A DNA stretch of 64,000 nucleotides from Chloroflexota bacterium (GTDB lineage Bacteria; Bacillota; Sulfobacillia; JBFLWA01; JBLNDB01), in NCBI GenBank assembly GCA_050261235.1, contig JBLNDB010000092.1, positions 18,833 through 82,832 on the forward strand. The letters are read 5' to 3'. Below the pieces are notes generated by a model. That model had not been told where the DNA came from and ran no database searches. It worked only from the letters and a program-made list of their open reading frames with translations. Below are positions 51,608-62,649 of this stretch, in pieces (position 1 is the stretch's first letter; the number at the start of each line of letters is the position of its first letter). A program made the position numbers and the translations under genes.

Positions 51608-52195
51608 ATGCTGACCGGTAAGAGGGTCGGATTCGTACTGACTGGTTCTCATTGCACGATGGGCCGAGTTCTGCCGGAGATCGCCCGACTGGTCGCAGCC
51701 GGCGCCGATCTGACTCCCATTCTGTCCCCGGCGGCGGCGACGGTCGACACACGCTACGGGACCGCCGCTGACCTGAGGGCGAATCTGGCCAAACTGACGG
51801 GCCACGAGCCATGGACAGCGTTCACTGAGGTGGAGCCGATCGGCCCGCAGAAGCTGCTCGACATCGTCGTCGTCGCGCCTTGCACCGGCAACACGCTGGC
51901 CAAACTCGCGGCCGGCATCTCCGACACACCCGCGACAATGGCCGTCAAGGCGCACCTGCGCAATGGCCGCCCGGTCGTGGTCGCGGTCGCAAGCAACGAT
52001 GGACTCGGCGCCAACGCCAAGAACATCGGCCTGCTGCTGAATACGAAGAACTTCTACTTCGTCCCCTTCGGCCAAGACAGCCCGACTGAGAAACCGAATT
52101 CACTTGATGCCAGGCTGGAGCTTCTGACTGACACGGTCGCTCAGGCGCTCGTCGGGCGGCAGCTTCAGCCGGTGCTGATCGAACGCTGGCGGTAG
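51608..52195 (+). CDS. dpaB: Dipicolinate synthase subunit B (flavoprotein)
   Basis: Start trimmed to MLTGKRVGFVLTGSHCT (GGAGGGG upstream). Colinear with SpoVFB (NFYFVPFGQDSP, QLQPVLIE). Confidence 0.95.
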   Translation: MLTGKRVGFVLTGSHCTMGRVLPEIARLVAAGADLTPILSPAAATVDTRYGTAADLRANLAKLTGHEPWTAFTEVEPIGPQKLLDIVVVAPCTGNTLAKLAAGISDTPATMAVKAHLRNGRPVVVAVASNDGLGANAKNIGLLLNTKNFYFVPFGQDSPTEKPNSLDARLELLTDTVAQALVGRQLQPVLIERWR

Positions 52196-52230
52196 AACAG
52201 CCATAGCCTTAACTGAGCGGGGGATGTCAG

Positions 52231-53244
52231 GTGAGACCACTTACAGTCGCGATTCTGGGCGCAGGTGGCGCCGTTGGCGGCGAGATCGTCAGGATGCTCG
52301 CCAGCCGGGGATTCCCGGTCGGCCAGCTGCGCCTGCTGGCGACGGCGCGCTCGGCCGGCTCAGCCGTCGAATTCGGAGGGCAGATGCTCACCATTGCCGA
52401 GGTGCAGGCCGACTCGTTCGCCGGCGTCGATCTGGTCTTCTCCTGCGCCACCGCCGAGGCGAGCCGCCAGTGCGTCCCGCTGGCCGTCGAAAGCGGCGCT
52501 GTCGTCATTGACAAGAGCAACGCCTTCCGCATGGACCTCTCGGTGCCCCTGGTCGTGCCCGAGGTCAACCCCGGGGATCTGTACGGGCACCCCGGAGTGG
52601 TTGCCAGCCCGAACTGCTCGACGATCCAAATGGTTGTCGCCCTCAAGCCGCTGCTCGACGCTGTCGGTTTGCGCCGCGTCATCGTCTCTACCTATCAGGC
52701 AGTCTCCGGCGCCGGGCGCGACGCGATCGATGAGTTGACCGCCCAGACCAAAGCCATAGCCGCCGGCGAGCCGGTCGAGGTGCGCGCCTTCCCGCGGCAG
52801 ATCGCGCACAATCTGTTCCCGCACATCGACCGGTTCGACGAACGGGGCAACACCGCCGAGGAACTGAAGATGGTCTTCGAGACGCGCAAGATCCTCCATC
52901 TGCCCGACCTGCCCGTGGTCGCGACCTGCGTGCGCGTCCCGGTCGTGACCGGTCACTCGGAAGCGATCTACGTCGAGACCGAGCACCCACTGTCAGCAGC
53001 ACGCGCCCGCGAGCTGCTGTCACGGGCGCCCGGCGTGACGGTCATGGATGACCCGCAGCGCGCGGTCTACCCGACGCCGCTCGACGCCGCCGGGCGCGAC
53101 GATGTGTTCGTTGGCCGCGTGCGTGAGGATCCTTCACTGGCCACCGGCCTCAGTCTCTGGGTAGTCTCGGATAACCTGCGTAAGGGTGCGGCGACCAACG
53201 CCGTGCAGATCGCTGAGTGGATGCTCGCTCACGGGCTGCTCTAG
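52231..53244 (+). CDS. asd: Aspartate-semialdehyde dehydrogenase
   Basis: VAILGAGGAVGGE N-terminus and the catalytic SPNCSTI region. Confidence 0.95.
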   Translation: MRPLTVAILGAGGAVGGEIVRMLASRGFPVGQLRLLATARSAGSAVEFGGQMLTIAEVQADSFAGVDLVFSCATAEASRQCVPLAVESGAVVIDKSNAFRMDLSVPLVVPEVNPGDLYGHPGVVASPNCSTIQMVVALKPLLDAVGLRRVIVSTYQAVSGAGRDAIDELTAQTKAIAAGEPVEVRAFPRQIAHNLFPHIDRFDERGNTAEELKMVFETRKILHLPDLPVVATCVRVPVVTGHSEAIYVETEHPLSAARARELLSRAPGVTVMDDPQRAVYPTPLDAAGRDDVFVGRVREDPSLATGLSLWVVSDNLRKGAATNAVQIAEWMLAHGLL

Positions 53245-53256
53245 GAGGCGTCGGCA

Positions 53257-54477
53257 ATGCGGATCATCGTTCAGAAGTTCGGCGGGACGTCCGTGGCGAC
53301 GCCAGCCCTGCGCGCCCAGGTGGCCGACAAAGTACTGAAGGCGAAAGCCGACGGTTGCGACCCGGTCGTGGTGGTGTCGGCGATGGGCCGCGCCGGCGAG
53401 CCGTATGCCACCGACACTCTGCTCAATCTCGCACACAGTGTCTACCGTGAGACCGACCCGCGGGAACTGGACCTGATTGCCTCGTGCGGCGAGATCATCG
53501 CCAGCGTCGTCATGTGCAACACCCTCCGCGCCCGCGGTTTGAACGCGACAGCGCTGACGGGGTGGCAGGCCGGCATCATCACCACCCTGGACTACTCGGA
53601 AGCCGAGATCATGCGCGTCGAACCGGAGAACATCCTCCGTCACCTGAAAGACGGCAAGACAGTCGTCGTTGCCGGCTTTCAGGGCCGGGCGGAGAACGGC
53701 GACGTGACGACGCTCGGCCGCGGCGGTAGCGACACGACGGCAGTGGCGCTGGGCGCCGCGCTCGGCGCAGAGGTCGTCGAGATCTACACTGACGTCGATG
53801 GCGTCAAGACCGCCGACCCGCGTATCGTGCCGGAAGCCCGGACCATCGAAGTCATGAATTACAGCGAAGTGTTCCAACTCGCCCACCAGGGCGCCAAGGT
53901 GATCCACTCGAAGGCAGTGGAGATCGCCATGCGGCGCAACATTCCGCTCCGCATCCGCTCCACGTTCAGCGACTCGCTCGGGACTCTCATCACATCAGCC
54001 GCTGAGCAGGGCGGCTGGCCGAGCCTGCGGGGCAAGATCATCACGGGCGTGACCTACATCCTTGATACGGCCCAGGTCAGGGTGTCGACCCCGGACAGCG
54101 ACACTCAGGCCGAGCTTGAGCTGAAGGTGTTCGAATCGCTGGCCGAAGCCGGTGTCAGTGTCGACCTGATCAACGTCTCACCTGACACCAAGCTGTTCAT
54201 CATCAAAGAGGAGCAGATTCCCGCCGCCGAGGCTGCTCTCCGGGCGCTTAACGTCCAGTACGAGATCACGCCTGAGCGAGCCAAGGTGTCGATCGTCGGC
54301 GCCGGCATGCGCGGTGTGCCTGGCGTAATGGCCCGCGTCGTGCGCGCGCTGACATCGGCCGGAGTGCGGATCCTGCAGACGGCCGACTCGCACCTGACCA
54401 TCTCGTGCCTGGTCGCCGAAGAGGACGTCGGCAAGGCCGTCCGTGCCCTGCACGACCAATTCGGCCTCAATGCCTAG
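53257..54477 (+). CDS. dapG: Aspartate kinase (DapG-type, with C-terminal ACT domains)
   Basis: MRIIVQKFGGTSV N-terminus and amino-acid-kinase fold. Confidence 0.95.
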   Translation: MRIIVQKFGGTSVATPALRAQVADKVLKAKADGCDPVVVVSAMGRAGEPYATDTLLNLAHSVYRETDPRELDLIASCGEIIASVVMCNTLRARGLNATALTGWQAGIITTLDYSEAEIMRVEPENILRHLKDGKTVVVAGFQGRAENGDVTTLGRGGSDTTAVALGAALGAEVVEIYTDVDGVKTADPRIVPEARTIEVMNYSEVFQLAHQGAKVIHSKAVEIAMRRNIPLRIRSTFSDSLGTLITSAAEQGGWPSLRGKIITGVTYILDTAQVRVSTPDSDTQAELELKVFESLAEAGVSVDLINVSPDTKLFIIKEEQIPAAEAALRALNVQYEITPERAKVSIVGAGMRGVPGVMARVVRALTSAGVRILQTADSHLTISCLVAEEDVGKAVRALHDQFGLNA

Positions 54478-54495
54478 ATCCCGGAGGTGAGCGCA

Positions 54496-55377
54496 TTGGA
54501 GTTCGGTTCCGTCATCACGGCGATGGCCACGCCGTTCAACGACAGCCTTGCAGTCGACTATGCGCGGGCAGCTGAACTGGCCCGCTTTCTCGCCGACAAC
54601 GGGTCGGCCGGCGTGCTCATCGCAGGCACGACCGGCGAGTCGCCGACGCTTACGCTGCAAGAGCGAACGCGTCTGCTGGAGACTGTGCTCGAGGCGGTTG
54701 GCGACCGGATCATGGTCATGGCCGGAACAGGCACGAACTCGACCGCTGACAGCATCGAGCTGACCAAGCGGGCCGAGGCCATCGGCGCACACGCGATCCT
54801 GCTGGTCACGCCATACTACAACAAGCCGCCGCAGGACGGGCTGTACGAGCACTTCGCCGCCATCGCCGCTGCAACACGCCTGCCGGTGATGCTGTACAAC
54901 GTCCCCGGTCGTACAGCCGCTAACCTGCTCCCGGCAACGGTGGCGAGACTGGCCGAGATCGACAACATCGTCGCTTTGAAGGAAGCTTCCGGCAATCTCG
55001 ACCAAATGAGCGAACTGAGGCGGGTCACGCCGCCGGAGTTCATGATCTACAGTGGCGACGACAGCTTGACACTGCCGATGATGGCCTGCGGCGCGCGGGG
55101 TGTGGTCAGCGTCATCTCGCATGTCGCAGGCAATCAGGTGCGGGCGATGTGCGACGCGGTGCTGGCCGGCGATCTCGACCAGGCCCGCCGCCTCCATCTG
55201 GCCCTTCACCCGCTCGCCAAGGCCCTGTTCGTGACCACCAACCCAATCCCCGTCAAGGCGGCGCTGGCGATGATCGGCCTGCCGGTCGGCGGTTGCCGGC
55301 CGCCGCTGTCGGCGGCCAGCGAGCGGGACCTGGCGACGGTTCGCGCAGCGCTAGGCGAGCTCGGGCTGCTTCGCTAG
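54496..55377 (+). CDS. dapA: 4-hydroxy-tetrahydrodipicolinate synthase
   Basis: GSVITAMATPF...GTTGESPTL...active Lys region. TTG 54496 preferred (GGAGGTGA 5 nt upstream); GTG 54487 is an alternative. Confidence 0.9.
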   Translation: MEFGSVITAMATPFNDSLAVDYARAAELARFLADNGSAGVLIAGTTGESPTLTLQERTRLLETVLEAVGDRIMVMAGTGTNSTADSIELTKRAEAIGAHAILLVTPYYNKPPQDGLYEHFAAIAAATRLPVMLYNVPGRTAANLLPATVARLAEIDNIVALKEASGNLDQMSELRRVTPPEFMIYSGDDSLTLPMMACGARGVVSVISHVAGNQVRAMCDAVLAGDLDQARRLHLALHPLAKALFVTTNPIPVKAALAMIGLPVGGCRPPLSAASERDLATVRAALGELGLLR

Positions 55378-55526
55378 ACGCCCGCTGGCGGGTCGGCATC
55401 GGTCGGCCCGCCGTTTTCGTCTCTCGCGCGCTGCCTCAAGACAAGCTTGCGCTTGTCCCGTACTCAGAACTGGGTTATGATGCTATAATTGAAGTGCTCC
55501 CAGCGAAGATAAGGATGGTTGATTAA

Positions 55527-57206
55527 GTGGCAAAAGAACAGGCAAGCAGCATGAAACTCCAGATAGTGCCGCTCGGCGGCCTTGGCGAGATCGGCAAGAA
55601 CATGATGGCTGTCTCCTGCGGCGATGACATGATACTCATCGATGCCGGGCTGACTTTCCCGGAAGAGGAAATGCTGGGCATCGACATCGTCATTCCAGAT
55701 ATGTCCTATGTGCTCGAGCATAAGGACCGGCTACGGGGCGTGCTGCTGACGCACGGCCATGAGGACCACATCGGTGCCCTTCCGTACCTGCTCCGCCAGG
55801 TGCAGGTGCCGGTCTACGGTACCAAGTTGACGCTCGGCTTCGTTCAGGGCAAGCTGGCCGAGCACGGACTGAATCTCGGCGACAACGCCCACATCGTCAA
55901 ACCGCGCGATCGGGTCCGGGTCGGCTGCTTCGACATCGAGTTCTTCCGCGTCAACCACAGCATTGCCGATGCCGTCGGTCTCGGCATCCATACGCCGCTC
56001 GGGCTGATTGTCGACACCGGTGACTTCAAGCTCGACCAGACGCCGGTGGATGGTGAGGTGTTCGATCTCCAACTCCTGGCCAGGTTCGGCCAGGAGGGAG
56101 TGCTCGTCCTCATCTCCGACAGCACCAATGCCGAGCGCAGCGGGTTCACGCCGTCCGAGCGGATTGTCGGGCAGCGGCTGCGCGATGTCTTCCGGCAGGC
56201 CAGCGGGCGTGTGCTGGTGGCGACGTTCGCGTCGAACGTCCACCGCATGCAGCAAGTCATCGACGCCGCGGCCGAGCTGGGGAAACGGGTGGCAGCAGTC
56301 GGTCGGAGCGTCATCAACACGGTCGACATCGCGACCGACCTCGGCTACCTGCACGCCCCTCCGGGCACGCTGGTCGACATCGATGAGGCCAACAAACTGC
56401 CGCCGGAGCGAGTGATCCTGATCACGACCGGCAGTCAGGGCGAGCCGATGTCGGCGCTTAGCCGGATCGCCATGGACGATCACCGCAAGATCGAGATCAA
56501 ACCCGGCGATACGGTCGTTGTCGCCGCCACGCCGGTCCCGGGAAACGAGAAGTTCGTCGCCAGGACGGTCGACCATCTGTTCCGCCGCGGCGCCAAAGTG
56601 ATCTACGGCGCCGAGAGCGGTGTCCACGTGTCCGGACATGCCAGCAGCGAGGAACTCAAGCTGGTTCTCAACCTTACACGGCCGAAGTTCTTCATCCCGG
56701 CCCATGGCGAGTACCGTCACCTGATCCGCCACGCCGAGCTTGCCAAGTCGGTCGGCATCGAGCCACAGAATGTCTTCGTGGCCGAAAACGGCTCTGTGCT
56801 CGAGTTCACCGGCGAGCGCGGCGTGATGCTGAAAGAGCGGGTGACCGCCGGCCACGTTCTGGTCGACGGCCTCGGCGTCGGCGATGTCGGCACTGTAGTC
56901 CTGCGCGACCGCAAGCAGTTGGCGGAGGACGGCGTCCTGATCGCCGTCCTGGCCATCGATCAGCAGAGTGGCGAACTCGTCAGCGGACCGGACGTCGTCT
57001 CGCGCGGCTTCGTCTATGTGCGGGAATCCGAAGAGCTGCTCGAGGAGACAAAACTGCGCATCCGCGAGGCAGTGGCCCGGGCCTGCGACGGAAAACCACC
57101 GGAATGGCAAGCGATCAAGGCCGAAGTCCGCGACAGTCTGGCCCGCTTCCTCTACGAGCGGACGCGCCGGAGACCGATGATCCTGCCCATCATCATGGAC
57201 GTATAG
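55527..57206 (+). CDS. rnj: Ribonuclease J (metallo-beta-lactamase / beta-CASP RNase)
   Basis: HGHEDHIGALP motif and beta-CASP domain. 559 aa. Conserved position after dapA. Confidence 0.95.
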   Translation: MAKEQASSMKLQIVPLGGLGEIGKNMMAVSCGDDMILIDAGLTFPEEEMLGIDIVIPDMSYVLEHKDRLRGVLLTHGHEDHIGALPYLLRQVQVPVYGTKLTLGFVQGKLAEHGLNLGDNAHIVKPRDRVRVGCFDIEFFRVNHSIADAVGLGIHTPLGLIVDTGDFKLDQTPVDGEVFDLQLLARFGQEGVLVLISDSTNAERSGFTPSERIVGQRLRDVFRQASGRVLVATFASNVHRMQQVIDAAAELGKRVAAVGRSVINTVDIATDLGYLHAPPGTLVDIDEANKLPPERVILITTGSQGEPMSALSRIAMDDHRKIEIKPGDTVVVAATPVPGNEKFVARTVDHLFRRGAKVIYGAESGVHVSGHASSEELKLVLNLTRPKFFIPAHGEYRHLIRHAELAKSVGIEPQNVFVAENGSVLEFTGERGVMLKERVTAGHVLVDGLGVGDVGTVVLRDRKQLAEDGVLIAVLAIDQQSGELVSGPDVVSRGFVYVRESEELLEETKLRIREAVARACDGKPPEWQAIKAEVRDSLARFLYERTRRRPMILPIIMDV

Positions 57207-57225
57207 CGCAAGTCTTCCGCGACAG

Positions 57226-57268
57226 ACGGGGGCGGCCGAGTGGCCGTCCCCGTCTGTCTTGCCGAGAC
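57226..57268 (+). other. Long GC hairpin after rnj (terminator-like, weak U tract)
   Basis: GACAGACGGGG(G)CGGCC-GAGT-GGCCG(T)CCCCGTCTGTC followed by TTGCC. Confidence 0.35.
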
Positions 57269-57315
57269 GGCCTCTGCGCATAATAAGCGCTGTAGGTCAT
57301 TAAGGAGGCCGTCTA

Positions 57316-58271
57316 TGTACAGACAACCAGCGCCAGTCGGCGCCCAGCGACGCAAGACCCCCGTCAGCCCGGCCGTCCCGGCAGACCCGGTTAGGCCGGC
57401 GTTGCCTGACCGGGGCAGCCCGGAACCAGGAGGACCGCCGACGACGCCCGCGTCGCCGACTGCGCCCAGTGTCGAGACGCCCAGCGGCCAGCCGAACGTG
57501 GATCCGGGTTCACCGGAGCCTGAACCGCAGCCGGAACCGAGCCGGCCTGGAGCGCGTCGCAATGGCAGCGAGACCGCCGAGAACATCGCCTCGCTGGGCG
57601 TCGCGACGGTGCCGGCCGGCAAGTCCAATATCCATTGCATGACCATCATCGGCCAGGTCGAGGGCCATCTCGCTCTGCCGCCGCAGAACAAGACGACCAA
57701 GTACGAGCACATCATCCCTCAGTTGGTGGCGATCGAGAACAGCCCGGAGATCGAGGGCGTTCTGCTGGTGCTGAACACCGTCGGCGGGGATGTCGAGGCC
57801 GGGCTGGCGATCTCGGAGATGGTCGCGAGCCTGTCGAAGCCGACGGTTTCGATCGTCCTCGGCGGCGGACACTCCATCGGTGTGCCGATCGCCGTCGCGG
57901 CGCGGAAGTCATTCATCGCGCCGACGGCGACGATGACGATCCACCCGATCAGGCTGACCGGATTGGTCGTCGGCGTCCCCCAGACATATGAGTACCTTGA
58001 CAAGATGCAGGATCGGGTGGTCAAGTTCGTCATCCAGCACTCTCACATCAGCGAGCAACGCTACCGGGAGCTGATGTTCCGCACCGGCGAATTGGCCCGC
58101 GACATCGGCACGGTGATCGTCGGCCCGGATGCCGTGAAGGATGGCTTGATCGACGCTGTCGGTGGCCTGAAAGAGGCGATGAGCGCGCTCCGTGAGATGA
58201 TCGCGGCCGAACGGCAGCGTGCCGGGGGCGCTGGCGGCGAGTCGACGGCGAAGGCGGGGAGGAACAGGTGA
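57316..58271 (+). CDS. tepA: ClpP-like translocation-enhancing protein TepA with Pro-rich N-terminal extension
   Basis: AAGGAGG RBS. ClpP-fold core [13 protein letters not shown]...[16 protein letters not shown]. About 90-aa low-complexity Pro-rich N-terminus. Confidence 0.85.
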
Positions 58272-58483
58272 CGCTGCACACGATCATGCCGCTGGAACTC
58301 GTCTTTGCGCAGCCCGCAGACGCCGAGCCGCCCGTGGAAGTGGAAGCGGACGGGCGCCGCCTGCTGGTCCAGCACACCGGCCAGGCGTGGACCGTCGTCA
58401 GACTGCTCAGCAGCGATCCTGCCGACTATCTGGATCCGCGTTTTCAGCCTGGCACGCCGCTCGCGACACCAATCCGCAACTGA
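58268..58483 (+). CDS. ylzJ: YlzJ-like protein
   Basis: 71 aa, [16 protein letters not shown]-terminus. GTG after GGGGAGGAACAG. Conserved position after tepA. Confidence 0.65.
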   Translation: MTLHTIMPLELVFAQPADAEPPVEVEADGRRLLVQHTGQAWTVVRLLSSDPADYLDPRFQPGTPLATPIRN

Positions 58484-58575
58484 GAGGGCGCCTGCGGGCG
58501 TCCTCTTGGCTCCTGGCATGCAGTCGACATGAGCGGTCTATATTCTTCTCGGATTGGTCTCCGGGAGGGAAGACG

Positions 58576-59280
58576 GTGGAACTGCTGGCCGGGACGGCAC
58601 TGCTGGCACTCGGCGGGCTCATCGCGGCACAACGGTCGCGGAGTCTGGCCGCTTCCGAGCGCGCCCTGCGCTGTCTGGCGCTGCTGGGGGCCATCCTTGT
58701 GCTCTCACCCCGCCACGCTGCCGGCGTCCTGGGGGCCGGCTGGCTTCTCAGTCTGACCGCGCGACAGCGAGGCAACGGTTGGGACCTGTTCGCGGCTGGC
58801 TGTGGCCTGCTTGGCCGGGGCCTGCTCGCCGCGCACGCCCGGTCAACCGCCGACGCAGCCTGTTGTCTGCTGTTTCTCGCCGGCTGGCTCGCGTTCACTC
58901 TGCGGACGACACACCGCACCGCCAGTCCGGCGCGGTTGCGATGGGAAATCGTGCGCGCCCGACAGCGGCTCACTGAGCGTCACTGCAGCCCGGCCTGGCG
59001 GTTGCGGGCCAGCGATGCTCTGGCACGGGCGATTGGCCTGACCCGAGTGGTGCTGCCGCTATCGGACGGGGCGGGCCTCAGCCTGGCCTGCAGCGGGGTC
59101 GCGGCGCTGGCCGATGGCGATCCGGTCGCGGCGCGCGACAGCTTCGCCCTGGCCCGTCGGGCCGTGTTTGCGGCTGCAGGGACAGCCCCGCGGCGCAGAG
59201 AAGAACTGTCCTTGTGGCTAGAATTGATCGACTGGTGCGACTACGCGGTGACGCTCATCGGCGAGGAGGCCCGACCATGA
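58576..59280 (+). CDS. Hypothetical Ala/Arg/Leu-rich membrane protein
   Basis: GTG 8 nt after GGGAGGGA and high GC3. The ORF-track N-terminus from 58219 overlaps tepA/ylzJ. Could be a GC artefact. Confidence 0.35.
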   Translation: MELLAGTALLALGGLIAAQRSRSLAASERALRCLALLGAILVLSPRHAAGVLGAGWLLSLTARQRGNGWDLFAAGCGLLGRGLLAAHARSTADAACCLLFLAGWLAFTLRTTHRTASPARLRWEIVRARQRLTERHCSPAWRLRASDALARAIGLTRVVLPLSDGAGLSLACSGVAALADGDPVAARDSFALARRAVFAAAGTAPRRREELSLWLELIDWCDYAVTLIGEEARP

Positions 59281-60116
59281 CCGACATTCAGGCGCTGATC
59301 CTCGGGATTGTCCAAGGATTGACCGAGTTCTTGCCTGTAAGCAGCTCAGGACACATCGCCATCGCTCAAGCGCTGTTCCAACTGAAGGATCCGGGGGTCA
59401 CGTTCGCAATCGCACTGCACATAGCGACATTGCTGGCGGTGCTGGCAGCTTTCTGGGCCGATGTGGCGCGTGTCGCCGTCGGAGTCGCGGGCGGCCTGCT
59501 GTCGATCATCAGCGGTCGCGCGCGGGCAACGAGCTTGTGGCGCAAGAATCGCGGCTTCCGGGTCGGCGTGCTGCTGCTCATCGCCTCGATCCCGGCGGGC
59601 ATCGTCGGCGTGTTCTTCAGTGCCACCATCGACCGGCTATTTGGCTCGCTGCTCATCGTCGGGCTGATGCTGCTCCTTACCGGCATTCTGCTCTGGATTG
59701 CCGACAGCATCCGCGCAAAGGGCATGCCGCTGAAGGAGTACCGCTCAGCGCCAGCCTTCGTCGTCGGTCTGTTTCAGGCCGCAGCCGTGCTCCCGGGACT
59801 GTCTCGCTCGGGCACGACGATCACGGCCGGGCGCTTGACCGGCCTCGACCGCGAGGGCGCGGCCCGCTTCTCCTTCCTCCTTTCCATTCCTACCATCCTT
59901 GGCGCCGCCCTGGTCGACTTCCGCGACCTGCTGGGAGCTGCCGCGACGGGCCTCGGCCGGCCGTTGTTCATTGGCATGGGCGCCGCAGCCGTGGTCGGCT
60001 ACGCCGCCATAGTGCTCGTCATGCGCCTCGTCAAAGCCGGTCGACTGCGCGTCTTCGCCTATTACTGCTGGGCAGTGGGATCGGCCGTGATGCTCTGGCA
60101 GCTGCTCGGGCGCTGA
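59277..60116 (+). CDS. uppP: Undecaprenyl-diphosphatase (BacA/UppP)
   Basis: Start trimmed to MTDIQALILGIVQGLTEFLPVSSSGH. SRSG/PGxSRSG motifs. Confidence 0.9.
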   Translation: MTDIQALILGIVQGLTEFLPVSSSGHIAIAQALFQLKDPGVTFAIALHIATLLAVLAAFWADVARVAVGVAGGLLSIISGRARATSLWRKNRGFRVGVLLLIASIPAGIVGVFFSATIDRLFGSLLIVGLMLLLTGILLWIADSIRAKGMPLKEYRSAPAFVVGLFQAAAVLPGLSRSGTTITAGRLTGLDREGAARFSFLLSIPTILGAALVDFRDLLGAAATGLGRPLFIGMGAAAVVGYAAIVLVMRLVKAGRLRVFAYYCWAVGSAVMLWQLLGR

Positions 60117-60173
60117 CGTTCCGGGAGGATTCACTCTGCGGACGGTCGAATCTACCCCGCGGAGGTGCCGTCC

Positions 60174-62411
<2,238 letters not shown>

Positions 62412-62431
62412 TGGAGATGCCAGATATCCCC

Positions 62432-62465
62432 GCGCCGGCGACATAACGCCGGCGCCACTGTTTTA
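62432..62465 (+). terminator. Intrinsic terminator after ftsK
   Basis: GCGCCGGCG-ACATAA-CGCCGGCGC followed by CACTGTTTTA. Confidence 0.6.
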
Positions 62466-62582
62466 CCCGCGAGGCGCTGGGCGCCCACGCGTAGCCACAG
62501 GCGATGGACGTCCCTGTCGGGTTATGTCGAGCGGGTGCCACTGTTCGCGCGAACGAATTGGCGCTACGAATGGCAGGAAGGG

Positions 62583-62598
62583 ATTGGCCACGTGGCCA
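62583..62598. promoter_or_regulatory. Perfect 16-bp palindrome TTGGCCACGTGGCCAA (candidate operator)
   Basis: Exact inverted repeat about 50 nt upstream of the next gene's start. Confidence 0.35.
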
Positions 62599-62649
62599 AT
62601 TATGCACCGTTCGCGCCAAATCACAGCCATTGCACAGGAGCGTGAAGGC

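Noticed and set aside
58219-58575. N-terminal 119 codons of ORF 58219..59280 and antisense ORF 58407..58973
   Set aside because: They overlap tepA/ylzJ with Arg-rich junk. A trimmed start at 58576 with an RBS was retained at low confidence.
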